A stretch of 64,000 bases of DNA from Candidatus Acidiferrum sp. (lineage in GTDB: Bacteria; Methylomirabilota; Methylomirabilia; Rokubacteriales; CSP1-6). Under the pieces are notes generated by a model. The model was not told the origin of the DNA. It was given only the letters and a program-made list of their open reading frames with translations, and ran no database searches. A program made the position numbers and the translations under genes. The stretch is from positions 5,452-69,451 of the forward strand of contig DATHGT010000133.1 of assembly GCA_035317605.1 (NCBI GenBank), written 5' to 3'. This document shows, piece after piece, positions 35,367 through 44,378 of this stretch; positions within the stretch are counted from its first letter, which is position 1; every line of letters starts with the position of its first letter.

Positions 35367-36268
35367 TTCGCCTCGAGCCCCGCGGCCCGCTCGCGACCAC
35401 CGACGACCTCGTACATGTCGGCGAGACACTGTAGGAGCCCTTGGCCGAGATCGAGATACGAGGTGCCGACCAGCTTCTGGGCCACCTTCGGCGTGAAGGA
35501 ATAGGGAGTCAACCGATAGTGCACGTCGTCGTCGGAGACGGGCTGGAAGTGGATCTCGACGCGATTGTCGAGGATCTCGCGGATCATCTCCAGCAGCTCG
35601 GCGAACTTCATCCGGTGCGGACCCGTGATCAGGCAGTGCGTGTTCGCGAACTCGTCGGCCAGGGCCTGCACGCTGAGGCACGCCGCGTCCTTCACGTGCA
35701 CGTATTCCCGCATCTCCTCCCCCGTTCCCTGGCACACGATCCGGCCCGTGGTCAGCGCCTGGTGCAGATACCGGTAGACGCTGTTGCGCCCATCGGCACG
35801 GGGGCCGTAGACGGTCCCGTAGCGCAGGATCGTGTACCCCAGGCCGTAGCGACGCGCGTACTCTTCGATGTAGAGCTCGGCCGACTGCTTGCTACAGCGA
35901 TAGAACCCGCCGGCCCGGCTGTACACGTAGACCGTGCTCGCGTAGACGTACCGCTGGAGCTGCCGTTGCACGGCGGCCTCGAGCAGGATCGCGTTGCCCA
36001 GGACGTTCTGCTTGACCGTGTCGATGGGGCGTTCGGCCGCCGCGTCGAGATCGGCGATGCCCGCGAAGTTGTACGCGCACTGCGCCGCTTCGAGGGCGCG
36101 GTCCACGGCCACCGGATCGAGGACGTCGGCGACGATCATCTTCTGCGTCGGTCGCCGATAGGGCGACGGGGTGACGTCGAAGAGGCTGACCTGGTGGCCG
36201 GCATCGGTGAGGGCGTCGGCGACGTGGCTGCCGAGATAGCCGCTGCCCCCAAAAACGACGACGTTCAT
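35363..36268 (-). CDS. NAD-dependent epimerase/dehydratase (extended SDR)
   Basis: Start ATG 36268..36266 (MNVVVFGGSGYLGSHV...) in an ATGA overlap. YxxxK-type catalytic region YRCSK. Confidence 0.8.
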   Translation of the reverse strand: MNVVVFGGSGYLGSHVADALTDAGHQVSLFDVTPSPYRRPTQKMIVADVLDPVAVDRALEAAQCAYNFAGIADLDAAAERPIDTVKQNVLGNAILLEAAVQRQLQRYVYASTVYVYSRAGGFYRCSKQSAELYIEEYARRYGLGYTILRYGTVYGPRADGRNSVYRYLHQALTTGRIVCQGTGEEMREYVHVKDAACLSVQALADEFANTHCLITGPHRMKFAELLEMIREILDNRVEIHFQPVSDDDVHYRLTPYSFTPKVAQKLVGTSYLDLGQGLLQCLADMYEVVGGRERAAGLEAK

Positions 36269-37359
36269 CGGGCCATTCTCTGCTCGACGGCCTCCTGGAC
36301 CACCGCCTCGAGGGCGCTGACGAATCCCGCCATGATCTCGGCGTCGCCCAAGGTCACCCGAATGCAATCCTGGACCGCCGGCGCGCCGAAGGGACCTCGG
36401 ACGAGATAGCCGCGGCCGCGCAGCGCATCGACGATCACCGCCGGGCTCACGCTTCCGGGAAGCCGCACGAGCTGGAAGTTCGTCGGGCAGCCCGGCACGT
36501 CGAGACCCAGACGGGTCGCCCCCTCGCAGAGCACTCGACGGCCCTCCTCGATCTCGCGCCGGAACGCCTCACCCATCTCGGGGTGATCGAGCACGTAGCA
36601 CCCCAGACTGATCGCCACGCTGTTGACCTCGTAGGATCCGCGAACCCTCCGGACCGCGTCCACGATCCCGGGGTTCCCGGCCAGGTAGCCGAGCCGGAGC
36701 CCGGCCAGGCCGCCGACCTTGGAGAACGTCCGCGTCACGACGACGTTGTCGAACTCCGTGACCAGGGACAGGGCGGTGATGGGATGGAACGGAAAGTACG
36801 CCTCGTCGACGATGAACAGGGCGCCGACGGCGGCGGCGGCCGACGCGACCTCACGCAGCTCCGCGAGGCTGACCACGGTCCCCGTCGGCTGGTCAGGATT
36901 CGGCAGCGCGACCAGCCGGGGACGCTGCCGGACCTTCGAGATGAGCAGGTCCAGGTCCAGCCGGCGGTCGCGACCGTACGCCACCGTGTCGGGCACCGCC
37001 TGGAACATTCGCGTGTAGATGGCGTACATGGCGTAGGTCGGGTCCGGCGTGACGACCCGATCACCCGGCCGGACGTAGGCATGGAACAGCACGCGGATCG
37101 CCGCGTCGGACCCCGGCGTCAGATGAAGATGGTCGACGGGAAGCTCGAGCTCACGACTCAGACGGGCGTAGAGCGGCGAAGGATCCGGATACGCGCACAG
37201 CGTCTCCGGCGTGATCTCCGACAGCATCGCACGCACTGTCGGCTCGGGAAACGGCGTGACCCGCTCGTTCCGGTCCAGGCGCACGAAGGCCAGGCGCTCG
37301 GCCATGGCGTCGTCGACGCGGTGGATGGCGAGAAGGTGAGGATTGGGTTCCGGCCTCAT
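36265..37359 (-). CDS. class I/II PLP-dependent aminotransferase (HisC/CobD-like)
   Basis: Start ATG 37359 with a perfect AAGGAGG 6 nt upstream on the minus strand. The PLP-Lys motif is TRTFSKVGGLAGLRLGY. Confidence 0.8.
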   Translation of the reverse strand: MRPEPNPHLLAIHRVDDAMAERLAFVRLDRNERVTPFPEPTVRAMLSEITPETLCAYPDPSPLYARLSRELELPVDHLHLTPGSDAAIRVLFHAYVRPGDRVVTPDPTYAMYAIYTRMFQAVPDTVAYGRDRRLDLDLLISKVRQRPRLVALPNPDQPTGTVVSLAELREVASAAAAVGALFIVDEAYFPFHPITALSLVTEFDNVVVTRTFSKVGGLAGLRLGYLAGNPGIVDAVRRVRGSYEVNSVAISLGCYVLDHPEMGEAFRREIEEGRRVLCEGATRLGLDVPGCPTNFQLVRLPGSVSPAVIVDALRGRGYLVRGPFGAPAVQDCIRVTLGDAEIMAGFVSALEAVVQEAVEQRMAR

Positions 37360-37428
37360 GCGTCCTCCTTCATGATCGGAAAGTGACCGCGGTGCCGCGG
37401 GTCGACCCATCGCGCCGGCACGCCCGCG

Positions 37429-38361
37429 TCATGGCTCGAGCCCCTGCGCCCACTCGACCATCCTGCGTAGCCCTTCGTCGAGCGGCGTCACCGGTCGCCA
37501 GCCGAGGTCCTGCTCGGCCCGGCTGATGTCCGCGCACAGTCCGAACTGGTCGCCGATGTGGCCAGCCAGTTCCTGGACCGGGTAATCGGGCTCGCGGCCG
37601 AGGGCGACGGCCAGCCGGGAGATGAGATCGCCCACCTCCGTGCGCTCGCCGGCCCCGATGTTGTACTCGAGGGCCGGAGTGCTCGGCCGGTACAACGCCC
37701 GGAGCCACGCGTCGATCACGTCGTCGATGTAGACGAAGTCGCGGAAGCGCTTGAGCGACCCCGTGACCGGCACCGGCACACCCTGCAGCAGGTACGCGAG
37801 GTAGATGCTCGCCATGCCCTGCCGCAAGTTGCCGAGGTTCTGGCCGGGACCGTAGACGCTGAACATCCGGAAGCTCGTCACGCTCAGGCCCTCGGCCGCG
37901 GCCAGACGCAGGACATGTTCGGAGGTCAGCTTGGAGACTCCGTAGTAGGACAGCGGCACGCACGGCGCGGTCTCCCGGACCGGAAGCTCGTCGGGGCTGC
38001 CGTAGACCGCCATCGAGCTGGCGTAGATGAACCGTGGCGTGCCCTGCTCCAGGCACCAGCGAGAGAGGAGCACGGTGGAGCCGGCGTTCGCCTGGAGGTC
38101 GTAGTACGGTACCTCCGCCGAGGCGGGTCCCGAAGACTGGGCAGCCAGGTGGCACACGGCGTCGAAGCGCGGCGGCGGCACCTGGTCCAGAAAGTTGGAC
38201 CGGTCGAGATCGAGCTCGACGATCCGCGCCGCCCGCGGAACGGCGGCGCGCTGCCCGGTTCGCATGTTGTCGATCACGACCACGTCGTGGCCATCCTCGA
38301 CGAGCCGGCGCGCCAGATGGCTCCCGATGAAGCCGGCGCCGCCGGTCACGAGCACGCGCAT
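37429..38361 (-). CDS. NAD-dependent epimerase/dehydratase (UDP-sugar 4-epimerase-like)
   Basis: The real start ATG 38361..38359 (MRVLVTGGAGFIGSHLARRL) forms a TGATG overlap. YGVSK catalytic motif. Confidence 0.8.
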   Translation of the reverse strand: MRVLVTGGAGFIGSHLARRLVEDGHDVVVIDNMRTGQRAAVPRAARIVELDLDRSNFLDQVPPPRFDAVCHLAAQSSGPASAEVPYYDLQANAGSTVLLSRWCLEQGTPRFIYASSMAVYGSPDELPVRETAPCVPLSYYGVSKLTSEHVLRLAAAEGLSVTSFRMFSVYGPGQNLGNLRQGMASIYLAYLLQGVPVPVTGSLKRFRDFVYIDDVIDAWLRALYRPSTPALEYNIGAGERTEVGDLISRLAVALGREPDYPVQELAGHIGDQFGLCADISRAEQDLGWRPVTPLDEGLRRMVEWAQGLEP

Positions 38362-39464
38362 CAGCGCCCGCCTTCCCCGGCGGCCGGCGGCGAAACTCGA
38401 TAGAGCGCGGCCAGCCGGTCGTCCTTCCGGCCCAGGCGCCGGGACGCGACGTCTTCGGCGAGCCGCACCTCGCGCCCGTCCTCGGCCGACCGATAGATCG
38501 CGTTGAGCAGCCGGAGCGCCTGCGTCCCCTCCTCGAACGAGATCGGGTGGGGGCGGCCGTCGAGCAGATCGGCGACCACGTCGAGCAGGAACGGCCGGTG
38601 GCCCAGGCCATAGGCGTTGGGAAAGATCTCGGAGTGCAGCGCGCGCTCGTCCGGAGCCGGGGTGAACACGGCCAGCTCGTTGGCGGCGATGCCCTGGAGC
38701 ACGGCGGTGCCGCGCTCGGCCAGGACCGAGATCGACGCCTCGAAGTCGTCGGGGCGCGCGGCCGTGGTCACCTCGATCACGCCCAGCGCTCCGCTGGCGA
38801 ACCGGATGGTGGCCACCGCGGTGTCTTCGACCTCGATGTCGACGAGCTGGGTCGCGGTGCGCGCGTTCACCGCGTCGATGTCGCCCACGATGTAGCGCAC
38901 GAGGTCGATGTAGTGGATCCCCTGGTTGGTCAGCGCGCCGCCGTCCATGGCCCACGTCCCCCGCCACGGGTCGCGCCGGTAGTAGGCCTGGGGCCGGCAC
39001 CAGCGCACGCGCACGGTGCCGAGCACCGGACGGCCCAGCTCGCCGGAGGCGAGCGCGGCGCGGACCTTGCGCACGGCCTTGTTGTAGCGGTTCTGGTACA
39101 CGGGAAAGATCTTGACCCCCGCGCGCTCCGCCGTCCGCCTGAGCGTCTGCACGTCCTCCCAGGCCAGGGCCATGGGCTTTTCGAGGATCACGTGCTTGCC
39201 GTAGCGCTCCATCGCGTCGAGCGCGTGCTCGGGGTGCATCCCGCTCGGGGTGAGGATGTTGACGACGTCGATCTGCTCCCGGCGCAGCATCTCGTGATAG
39301 TTGGTGTAGGCGGGCACGCCGTGCTTGCGCGCGTACGCCTCCGCCCGCTCGGGCTGAAGGTCGCAGACCGCGGCCAGCCGGGCCCGCGGGAGATCGGCGA
39401 GGTGATCGGCGTGGTGACCGGCGATCCGTCCGCACCCGACGACCGCGAAGCTCAGGGGGGCCAT
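38361..39464 (-). CDS. Gfo/Idh/MocA family NAD(P)-dependent sugar oxidoreductase
   Basis: The real start ATG 39464..39462 (MAPLSFAVVGCGRIAGHHA...) forms a TGATG overlap. N-terminal Rossmann fold plus the EKP block (HVILEKPMA). Confidence 0.8.
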   Translation of the reverse strand: MAPLSFAVVGCGRIAGHHADHLADLPRARLAAVCDLQPERAEAYARKHGVPAYTNYHEMLRREQIDVVNILTPSGMHPEHALDAMERYGKHVILEKPMALAWEDVQTLRRTAERAGVKIFPVYQNRYNKAVRKVRAALASGELGRPVLGTVRVRWCRPQAYYRRDPWRGTWAMDGGALTNQGIHYIDLVRYIVGDIDAVNARTATQLVDIEVEDTAVATIRFASGALGVIEVTTAARPDDFEASISVLAERGTAVLQGIAANELAVFTPAPDERALHSEIFPNAYGLGHRPFLLDVVADLLDGRPHPISFEEGTQALRLLNAIYRSAEDGREVRLAEDVASRRLGRKDDRLAALYRVSPPAAGEGGR

Positions 39465-40210
39465 CACTTCGCGGGCTCGATACCGTGCGCGCGAAGCCAG
39501 AATTCCAGCATGGGCACCTGCCACTCGTAGTCGACGTCGAAGCCGCCCCATTGCTGGAGCGGGAAGATCTTCTGCCCCATCCACTTCTGGGGCAGCAACC
39601 CGTCGTGGAGGTGCTCCAGGCAGCGCGGCCTCACGATCGAGGTGCCCATGTCGGCGAACCAGACGTCGCCCTGGGAGTCGCGATCGCAGTTCAGGGTCGC
39701 GGGATCACCGAAGGTCTCGAAGGGGACGAACGGATGGAGCAGCCCGTCCCCGCCGATCTTGCGGGCGCGGAGCGGGCTCCACATGTTGTAGCGCGAGACG
39801 GTGACGGCCGAATCGTAGTCCGGATGCTCCCGGAGCACGTCGATCCCCTCTTCGAGAGTCTTGGCGGTGATGGTGGCCGCGTTGGCCATCAGCAGCACGA
39901 TCAGCTCGACCTCGCCCCCGTCCCGTCGGACCTCGTCGCGAATCACCTCGTAGCCGTGGACGTAGGCGTCTTCGCCCAGCGCCTGGTTCGTGGCCAGGTG
40001 GGCGGGCCGGTCGATGATCCGGGCGCCGTACTCCGTCGCGATGGCCTTCAAGCGCGGGGAGTCGGTCGAGAGGTACACGCGGTCCACGCGCTTGGCGTCG
40101 CGGGCCGCCATGAGCGGATACGCGACGAGGGGCCGGCCCAGGAGCGGAAGGACGTTCTTGCCTGGAAACCCCGAGGACCCTTCTCGTCCCAGCATCAGTG
40201 CACAGATCAC
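39464..40210 (-). CDS. acylneuraminate/CMP-sugar cytidylyltransferase family (NeuA/KdsB-like, CTP_transf_3)
   Basis: 248 aa. ICALMLGREGSSGFPGKNVLPLLGRPLVAYPL matches the sugar-binding N-terminal signature of CMP-nonulosonate/Kdo synthetases. Confidence 0.75.
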   Translation of the reverse strand: MICALMLGREGSSGFPGKNVLPLLGRPLVAYPLMAARDAKRVDRVYLSTDSPRLKAIATEYGARIIDRPAHLATNQALGEDAYVHGYEVIRDEVRRDGGEVELIVLLMANAATITAKTLEEGIDVLREHPDYDSAVTVSRYNMWSPLRARKIGGDGLLHPFVPFETFGDPATLNCDRDSQGDVWFADMGTSIVRPRCLEHLHDGLLPQKWMGQKIFPLQQWGGFDVDYEWQVPMLEFWLRAHGIEPAK

Positions 40211-40316
40211 GGTCGACCTCCTTCGTCGTCTCTCCGTTCACGGTCGAGCGCCCGTCCGGCGTCACTGTATGCGACCCGGAAGTTTTCGTCTAGCAACGGT
40301 CCCGAGTTCCGCCCGT

Positions 40317-41126
40317 TCACCGGATCGGCTCCAGCTCGTAGTACTGAAGCTTCGGAAAGTAGTTCGGGTACATGAGCGTGCCCAGCCACCACTGGGTGAG
40401 CGGGTTGACCGGCTCCGGGAACACCTGGACCCGACTCTGGTACACGATCTTCACCCGCGCGTAGCTCAGGACCTTGGAAAAGTCCGCCTCCGAGAACTCG
40501 AAGATATGGCTCTCGACGTTGGGCCACCCGTGCGGCCGGTGCGTGATTCGCGTCCGCAGCATCCACGGGATGGTCAGGAAGATCCGCCGCGCGGCGACCC
40601 GGATCAGCTCGTCGAGCGCGGCCAAGGGGCTGCGGACGTGCTCGAGGGTCTCGCAGCTGACGACGTAGTCGAACGCCTGGTCGGCGAACGGCAGACGCTC
40701 GAGGTCGGCCAGGCACGCCTGGGAACCATCGCTCCTGATCTTGCGGGCGCAGGCCAGCAGGATGTTGACCCCCACCCCTCGCTTGACGCCCAGCCGGGAC
40801 AGGAAGAATCCATCCGAGGCGGCGGCGTCGAGCACGCGCGCGTCGCCCACCGTGCCCACGCGCCGGCGCAGCATTCCGGTGAGCTCGTACAACTGGGACG
40901 CCAGGTGCAACTGCTTGAACTCTCCGTGAAGCTCCTCGTGTCCCCAGTGCCCTTCGACGATCCGCTGGCCCTCGCGGCTCCACCACTCCCGGAAGTCGAC
41001 GTCCCGCGCCAGCTTCCGGCGGTACGCGCGCGTCGCCAGCCCGTGCCACAGCCGCTCCGGCTGGAGGCCCGCGCGCGCCGCGACGCTCCGAAGTCTGTGG
41101 CGAAGCGCGGAGGCGACCGGCGTCAT
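40317..41126 (-). CDS. class I SAM-dependent methyltransferase
   Basis: The real start ATG 41126..41124 (MTPVASALRHRL...) is in an ATGA overlap. The track ORF 40317..41942 has 272 spurious N-terminal codons. Motif VLDAAASDGFFLS and the acidic motif FDYVVSCETLEH are present. Confidence 0.65.
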   Translation of the reverse strand: MTPVASALRHRLRSVAARAGLQPERLWHGLATRAYRRKLARDVDFREWWSREGQRIVEGHWGHEELHGEFKQLHLASQLYELTGMLRRRVGTVGDARVLDAAASDGFFLSRLGVKRGVGVNILLACARKIRSDGSQACLADLERLPFADQAFDYVVSCETLEHVRSPLAALDELIRVAARRIFLTIPWMLRTRITHRPHGWPNVESHIFEFSEADFSKVLSYARVKIVYQSRVQVFPEPVNPLTQWWLGTLMYPNYFPKLQYYELEPIR

Positions 41127-41974
41127 GCCCGATCTCCGCGCGGACGGTCGAGTTTCGGCCGAGGAACCGCGAGCAGTCGGGCCGTGTAGCCATGGTACTC
41201 GCCGAGGGACTGCGGAAACGCCTCCCCGGTGATGGCGACGGAGGCCACCTCGGTGCAGCCGAGCCCCTCGAACACCCGCCGGTAGTCGCGGGCGAACACG
41301 TACCCGCAATTCGCGGCCTCGAGCTCGACGACACACACGTACTTCCGCGCCACCCGCACCATGTGCCGGAAGATGGCGCGGCTGTTCGGGTGCACGTGGA
41401 TGAGGACGGCCATCGTGAAGATCACGTCCGCGCTCCCACTCTCCAGTCCGGGAAGGACGTCCTCGACGGAGCCCACGGTGATCGTGCTGACCGCGGACAC
41501 CTCGGGAAAGATCGACGGCATGTAGGCGACGGCATGGGCGTTGATCTCCACGCCGTTCAGCCGCTCGTAACCGAGCGTGAGCAGGCCGTTCAGGTTCGCT
41601 CCGCAGTTGCACCCGAGCTCGAGAATGCGATCGTGACGCGTGACGTGAGGACCCCAGAACTCGTGCAGGAACCGCACGATGTCCTGCGACTTGGCCCCGT
41701 AGGAGGCCGGGTGATTGCTGTCGGTGGTGGCGTACTCGGCGCCGTTGGTGCGGGTGCGCCAGTAGGCTTGGCACTCCGACCGGGTCATGACCCATGGCGC
41801 CGTCACGCCACGCTCCGTGATCCACTGGTTGACGCGATTCAGGCGCCGCGCGGGCAGCGACTCCCCGTGCGCGCCCACGCGATCCTGGTAGAAGAGCCAT
41901 CGTCCCAGGTGCTGTCCGAAGAACTTCTTCTGCACCTTCCACAGCCCGATTCCCGCGTCACGTGCGGTCAACAT
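41123..41974 (-). CDS. class I SAM-dependent methyltransferase
   Basis: The real start ATG 41974..41972 (MLTARDAGIG...) is 2 nt after the upstream stop. Motif I is ILELGCNCGANLNGL, followed by ADVIFTMAVLIHV. Confidence 0.7.
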   Translation of the reverse strand: MLTARDAGIGLWKVQKKFFGQHLGRWLFYQDRVGAHGESLPARRLNRVNQWITERGVTAPWVMTRSECQAYWRTRTNGAEYATTDSNHPASYGAKSQDIVRFLHEFWGPHVTRHDRILELGCNCGANLNGLLTLGYERLNGVEINAHAVAYMPSIFPEVSAVSTITVGSVEDVLPGLESGSADVIFTMAVLIHVHPNSRAIFRHMVRVARKYVCVVELEAANCGYVFARDYRRVFEGLGCTEVASVAITGEAFPQSLGEYHGYTARLLAVPRPKLDRPRGDRA

Positions 41975-41976
41975 CG

Positions 41977-43536
41977 TCACCTCTTTCCCAGCCGCCCCTG
42001 CCCATGACCCAAGCCGAGGAAGCTCAGCCCGGCGAGGGCAGGCCACAGCACCACGAGTATTCCCAGTAACGCGAAGTACAGGACCGACGCCAGAGCAAGG
42101 CCGCCGATCGTCCCCCATTCCAGCTGGACCCGCAACCAGTCGCTCGGGCCGGCGAGGATCGTCACGGCGCAGGTCCCGACCACGACGAACGCGGCGAGCC
42201 GGTCCCGGAGCCCGCGGAGATAGCTCTGGCCCAGGAACCGACTGTTCACCCACTCGTAGATTTGCCGGCTCACGAATCCCCAGCCGACGAGCTGGACGGC
42301 CACGCCGATGGCGCCCAGCCCCAGACCCGGCACCCGCGCCGTCGAAGGAGCGACGGTGAAATAGGTGATGAGCAGGTCGGGAATGGCCAGCCCCAGGCGC
42401 AGGTTCCGAAGCTGCACGGTGCGCTCGGTGGCCTTCAGGGCGGCGTCGTTGAGCTGTCCCATCGTCTGGACGACCGGGTAGAAGGCCATCACCATCAGGA
42501 CCGGCACCGCCGCGAGATATTCGGGTCCGGCCAACCACTCGACGAGCGATCGGCTGGCGAGGCTCAGCCAGCAGCTCAGCGCCAAGGCGACGAAGAACAA
42601 CGACTGGCTGAACCGCGCGTACACCCGGGCCGCCTGGACCCGGTCGCTCCCGGCCATGGCCTTGGAGATTTCCCTCCAGAAGATCGGCACGGCCGCGCCG
42701 GCGAACGTCAAGGCGAGCAAGGACCACCGAGAGGCGAGGGCGAAGTAGGCCTGCTCGGACGACCCATACGCCCGCTGCAGGATGTACGCGCTGAACCAGG
42801 ATCCGGCGCAGCCGTAGAGGTTGACCACGATCATGGGGCGCGCGTAGCGCCACCAGCGCGTCAGGTACCACCGGGAATGCTCGAACAGACGCCCGATCCA
42901 GCACTCGTCTCGCCTGATCGTGAGCAGCCACCAGGCCAGAACCGCGCACAACACCAGCGACGACCCCACGTTGACCCGGACGTAGCTGTCGAAATCCAGC
43001 TCTCCCAGCGAATGCAGCAGCAGCAGGGCGGCGACGTTCAGCCCCGCCACCGCGGCCCCGATGGCCTGGGTGCGGACGGTCAACGCCTTGCTGTCGCCCA
43101 GGCTCTGCAAGGCGATGCCCACGAAGACGAGCCAGTCGAGGATGGTCAGCCACACGATTCGATCCGGCGGTTGGGCCAGCCAGAGCCAGCCCGCGGCCCC
43201 GGTGGTCACGCCGACGCCGACCAGGATCAGCGTCAGTGCGAGCTGGCTGGCCAGACAGGCCACGTAGAGCCTCGTCAACGAACCGCTGCGGCGCTCCTGG
43301 GACGAAAAGGTGAAGAACGCGTCGTACGCGCTCAGGTCGACGACGCCGCGCACCGAGGCGGCCGTGGTCATGAGGAAGGCGTAGCTTCCGTAGGCCACCG
43401 GCCCCAGCGCCCGCGGAACGACGGTGAGCGTGATCGCCGACGCCCCCAGCTGGACGAACCTGGCCAGCAGCGTGGCCAGGTATCGATACCGGATGCTGTC
43501 GGCGAAGCTCACCGTCGGCACGACGTCCTCGGTCAT
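41977..43536 (-). CDS. Wzx-like (MOP/polysaccharide biosynthesis protein family) lipid-linked oligosaccharide flippase
   Basis: The real start ATG 43536..43534 (MTEDVVPTVSFADSIRYRYLATLL...) is in an ATGA overlap. It is about 519 aa with 12-14 TM segments. The N-terminal pattern is typical of the Polysacc_synt family. Confidence 0.7.
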   Translation of the reverse strand: MTEDVVPTVSFADSIRYRYLATLLARFVQLGASAITLTVVPRALGPVAYGSYAFLMTTAASVRGVVDLSAYDAFFTFSSQERRSGSLTRLYVACLASQLALTLILVGVGVTTGAAGWLWLAQPPDRIVWLTILDWLVFVGIALQSLGDSKALTVRTQAIGAAVAGLNVAALLLLHSLGELDFDSYVRVNVGSSLVLCAVLAWWLLTIRRDECWIGRLFEHSRWYLTRWWRYARPMIVVNLYGCAGSWFSAYILQRAYGSSEQAYFALASRWSLLALTFAGAAVPIFWREISKAMAGSDRVQAARVYARFSQSLFFVALALSCWLSLASRSLVEWLAGPEYLAAVPVLMVMAFYPVVQTMGQLNDAALKATERTVQLRNLRLGLAIPDLLITYFTVAPSTARVPGLGLGAIGVAVQLVGWGFVSRQIYEWVNSRFLGQSYLRGLRDRLAAFVVVGTCAVTILAGPSDWLRVQLEWGTIGGLALASVLYFALLGILVVLWPALAGLSFLGLGHGQGRLGKR

Positions 43537-44378
43537 ACCAGCGTCACGCCCCGTTTCGTGGCCTCGGCCCGAAAATCCTCCGGATAGGCGAAGTCGCCGA
43601 GGAACGCGTACACGCCGCGGATGTAGTCGTGGTACGCGCGGACGTGCGCGTTGTTCCGGCCGCACATCACGAACAGGGCGACCTTCTCCCGATCGGGAGG
43701 GACCACGGGCTGGCGGGGCTGGGTCGGCCGGTGCGTCGCCCGCTGGTGAAAGATCACGAGGTCACCGGCCTTGTTGGGAATGGAGACCCCGGCTCGGACG
43801 TGCCGGTCCCGCCACGCATCATCCTCCCGGCCGAGACGGCGGAGCACCGGCAACGCCGCCCGGTAGTAGAGCCGCTCGGCCACCTTCCCCACGGGCCCGT
43901 GGGCGATGAAGGGGTCGCGGCCCCGGTGCGAGCCCGGATCGACGTCGAGGCCGCCCCCGTACTCCGGGCCGTTGTCCTGGAGGTAATAGGCGACCTGGAC
44001 CATCAGGAAATCCGGCGCGAGGCTGAAGGCGTGCCCCCTGCCCTCGTGTCGAGAACTGTCCTTGTGCCAGGAGCCCTCGAAGTGATTCAGCATCGCGGAG
44101 CACTCGCGCACCACGGCGAAGTCGGGGCCGAGAAGCGTTCTCAGGACACCGAGGGTGCGATCGTGGAACAGCAGCCACCGCAGGTCGGCGTGCTGGGAGT
44201 ACACGTCGAACAGCATGGTCCCGGTATCGCCCGTCCGCCGGCGCTCCGGGGGCAGCTCGAACTTCGCCCTCAGGAGCGCGCGGGCCCGCGTCACCTCCTC
44301 GTCCGTCAGCACGTTCGGCACCAGCAGATAGCCATCGCGATCGAACGAGTCGACCTGCTCACGCGTCAGCATCGGCAC
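43533..44378 (-). CDS. phytanoyl-CoA dioxygenase (PhyH) family Fe(II)/2-oxoglutarate-dependent oxygenase, copy 2
   Basis: 281 aa. HxD motif in GSWHKDSS, and a distal His in LVIFHQRATHRP. Confidence 0.65.
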   Translation of the reverse strand: MPMLTREQVDSFDRDGYLLVPNVLTDEEVTRARALLRAKFELPPERRRTGDTGTMLFDVYSQHADLRWLLFHDRTLGVLRTLLGPDFAVVRECSAMLNHFEGSWHKDSSRHEGRGHAFSLAPDFLMVQVAYYLQDNGPEYGGGLDVDPGSHRGRDPFIAHGPVGKVAERLYYRAALPVLRRLGREDDAWRDRHVRAGVSIPNKAGDLVIFHQRATHRPTQPRQPVVPPDREKVALFVMCGRNNAHVRAYHDYIRGVYAFLGDFAYPEDFRAEATKRGVTLV

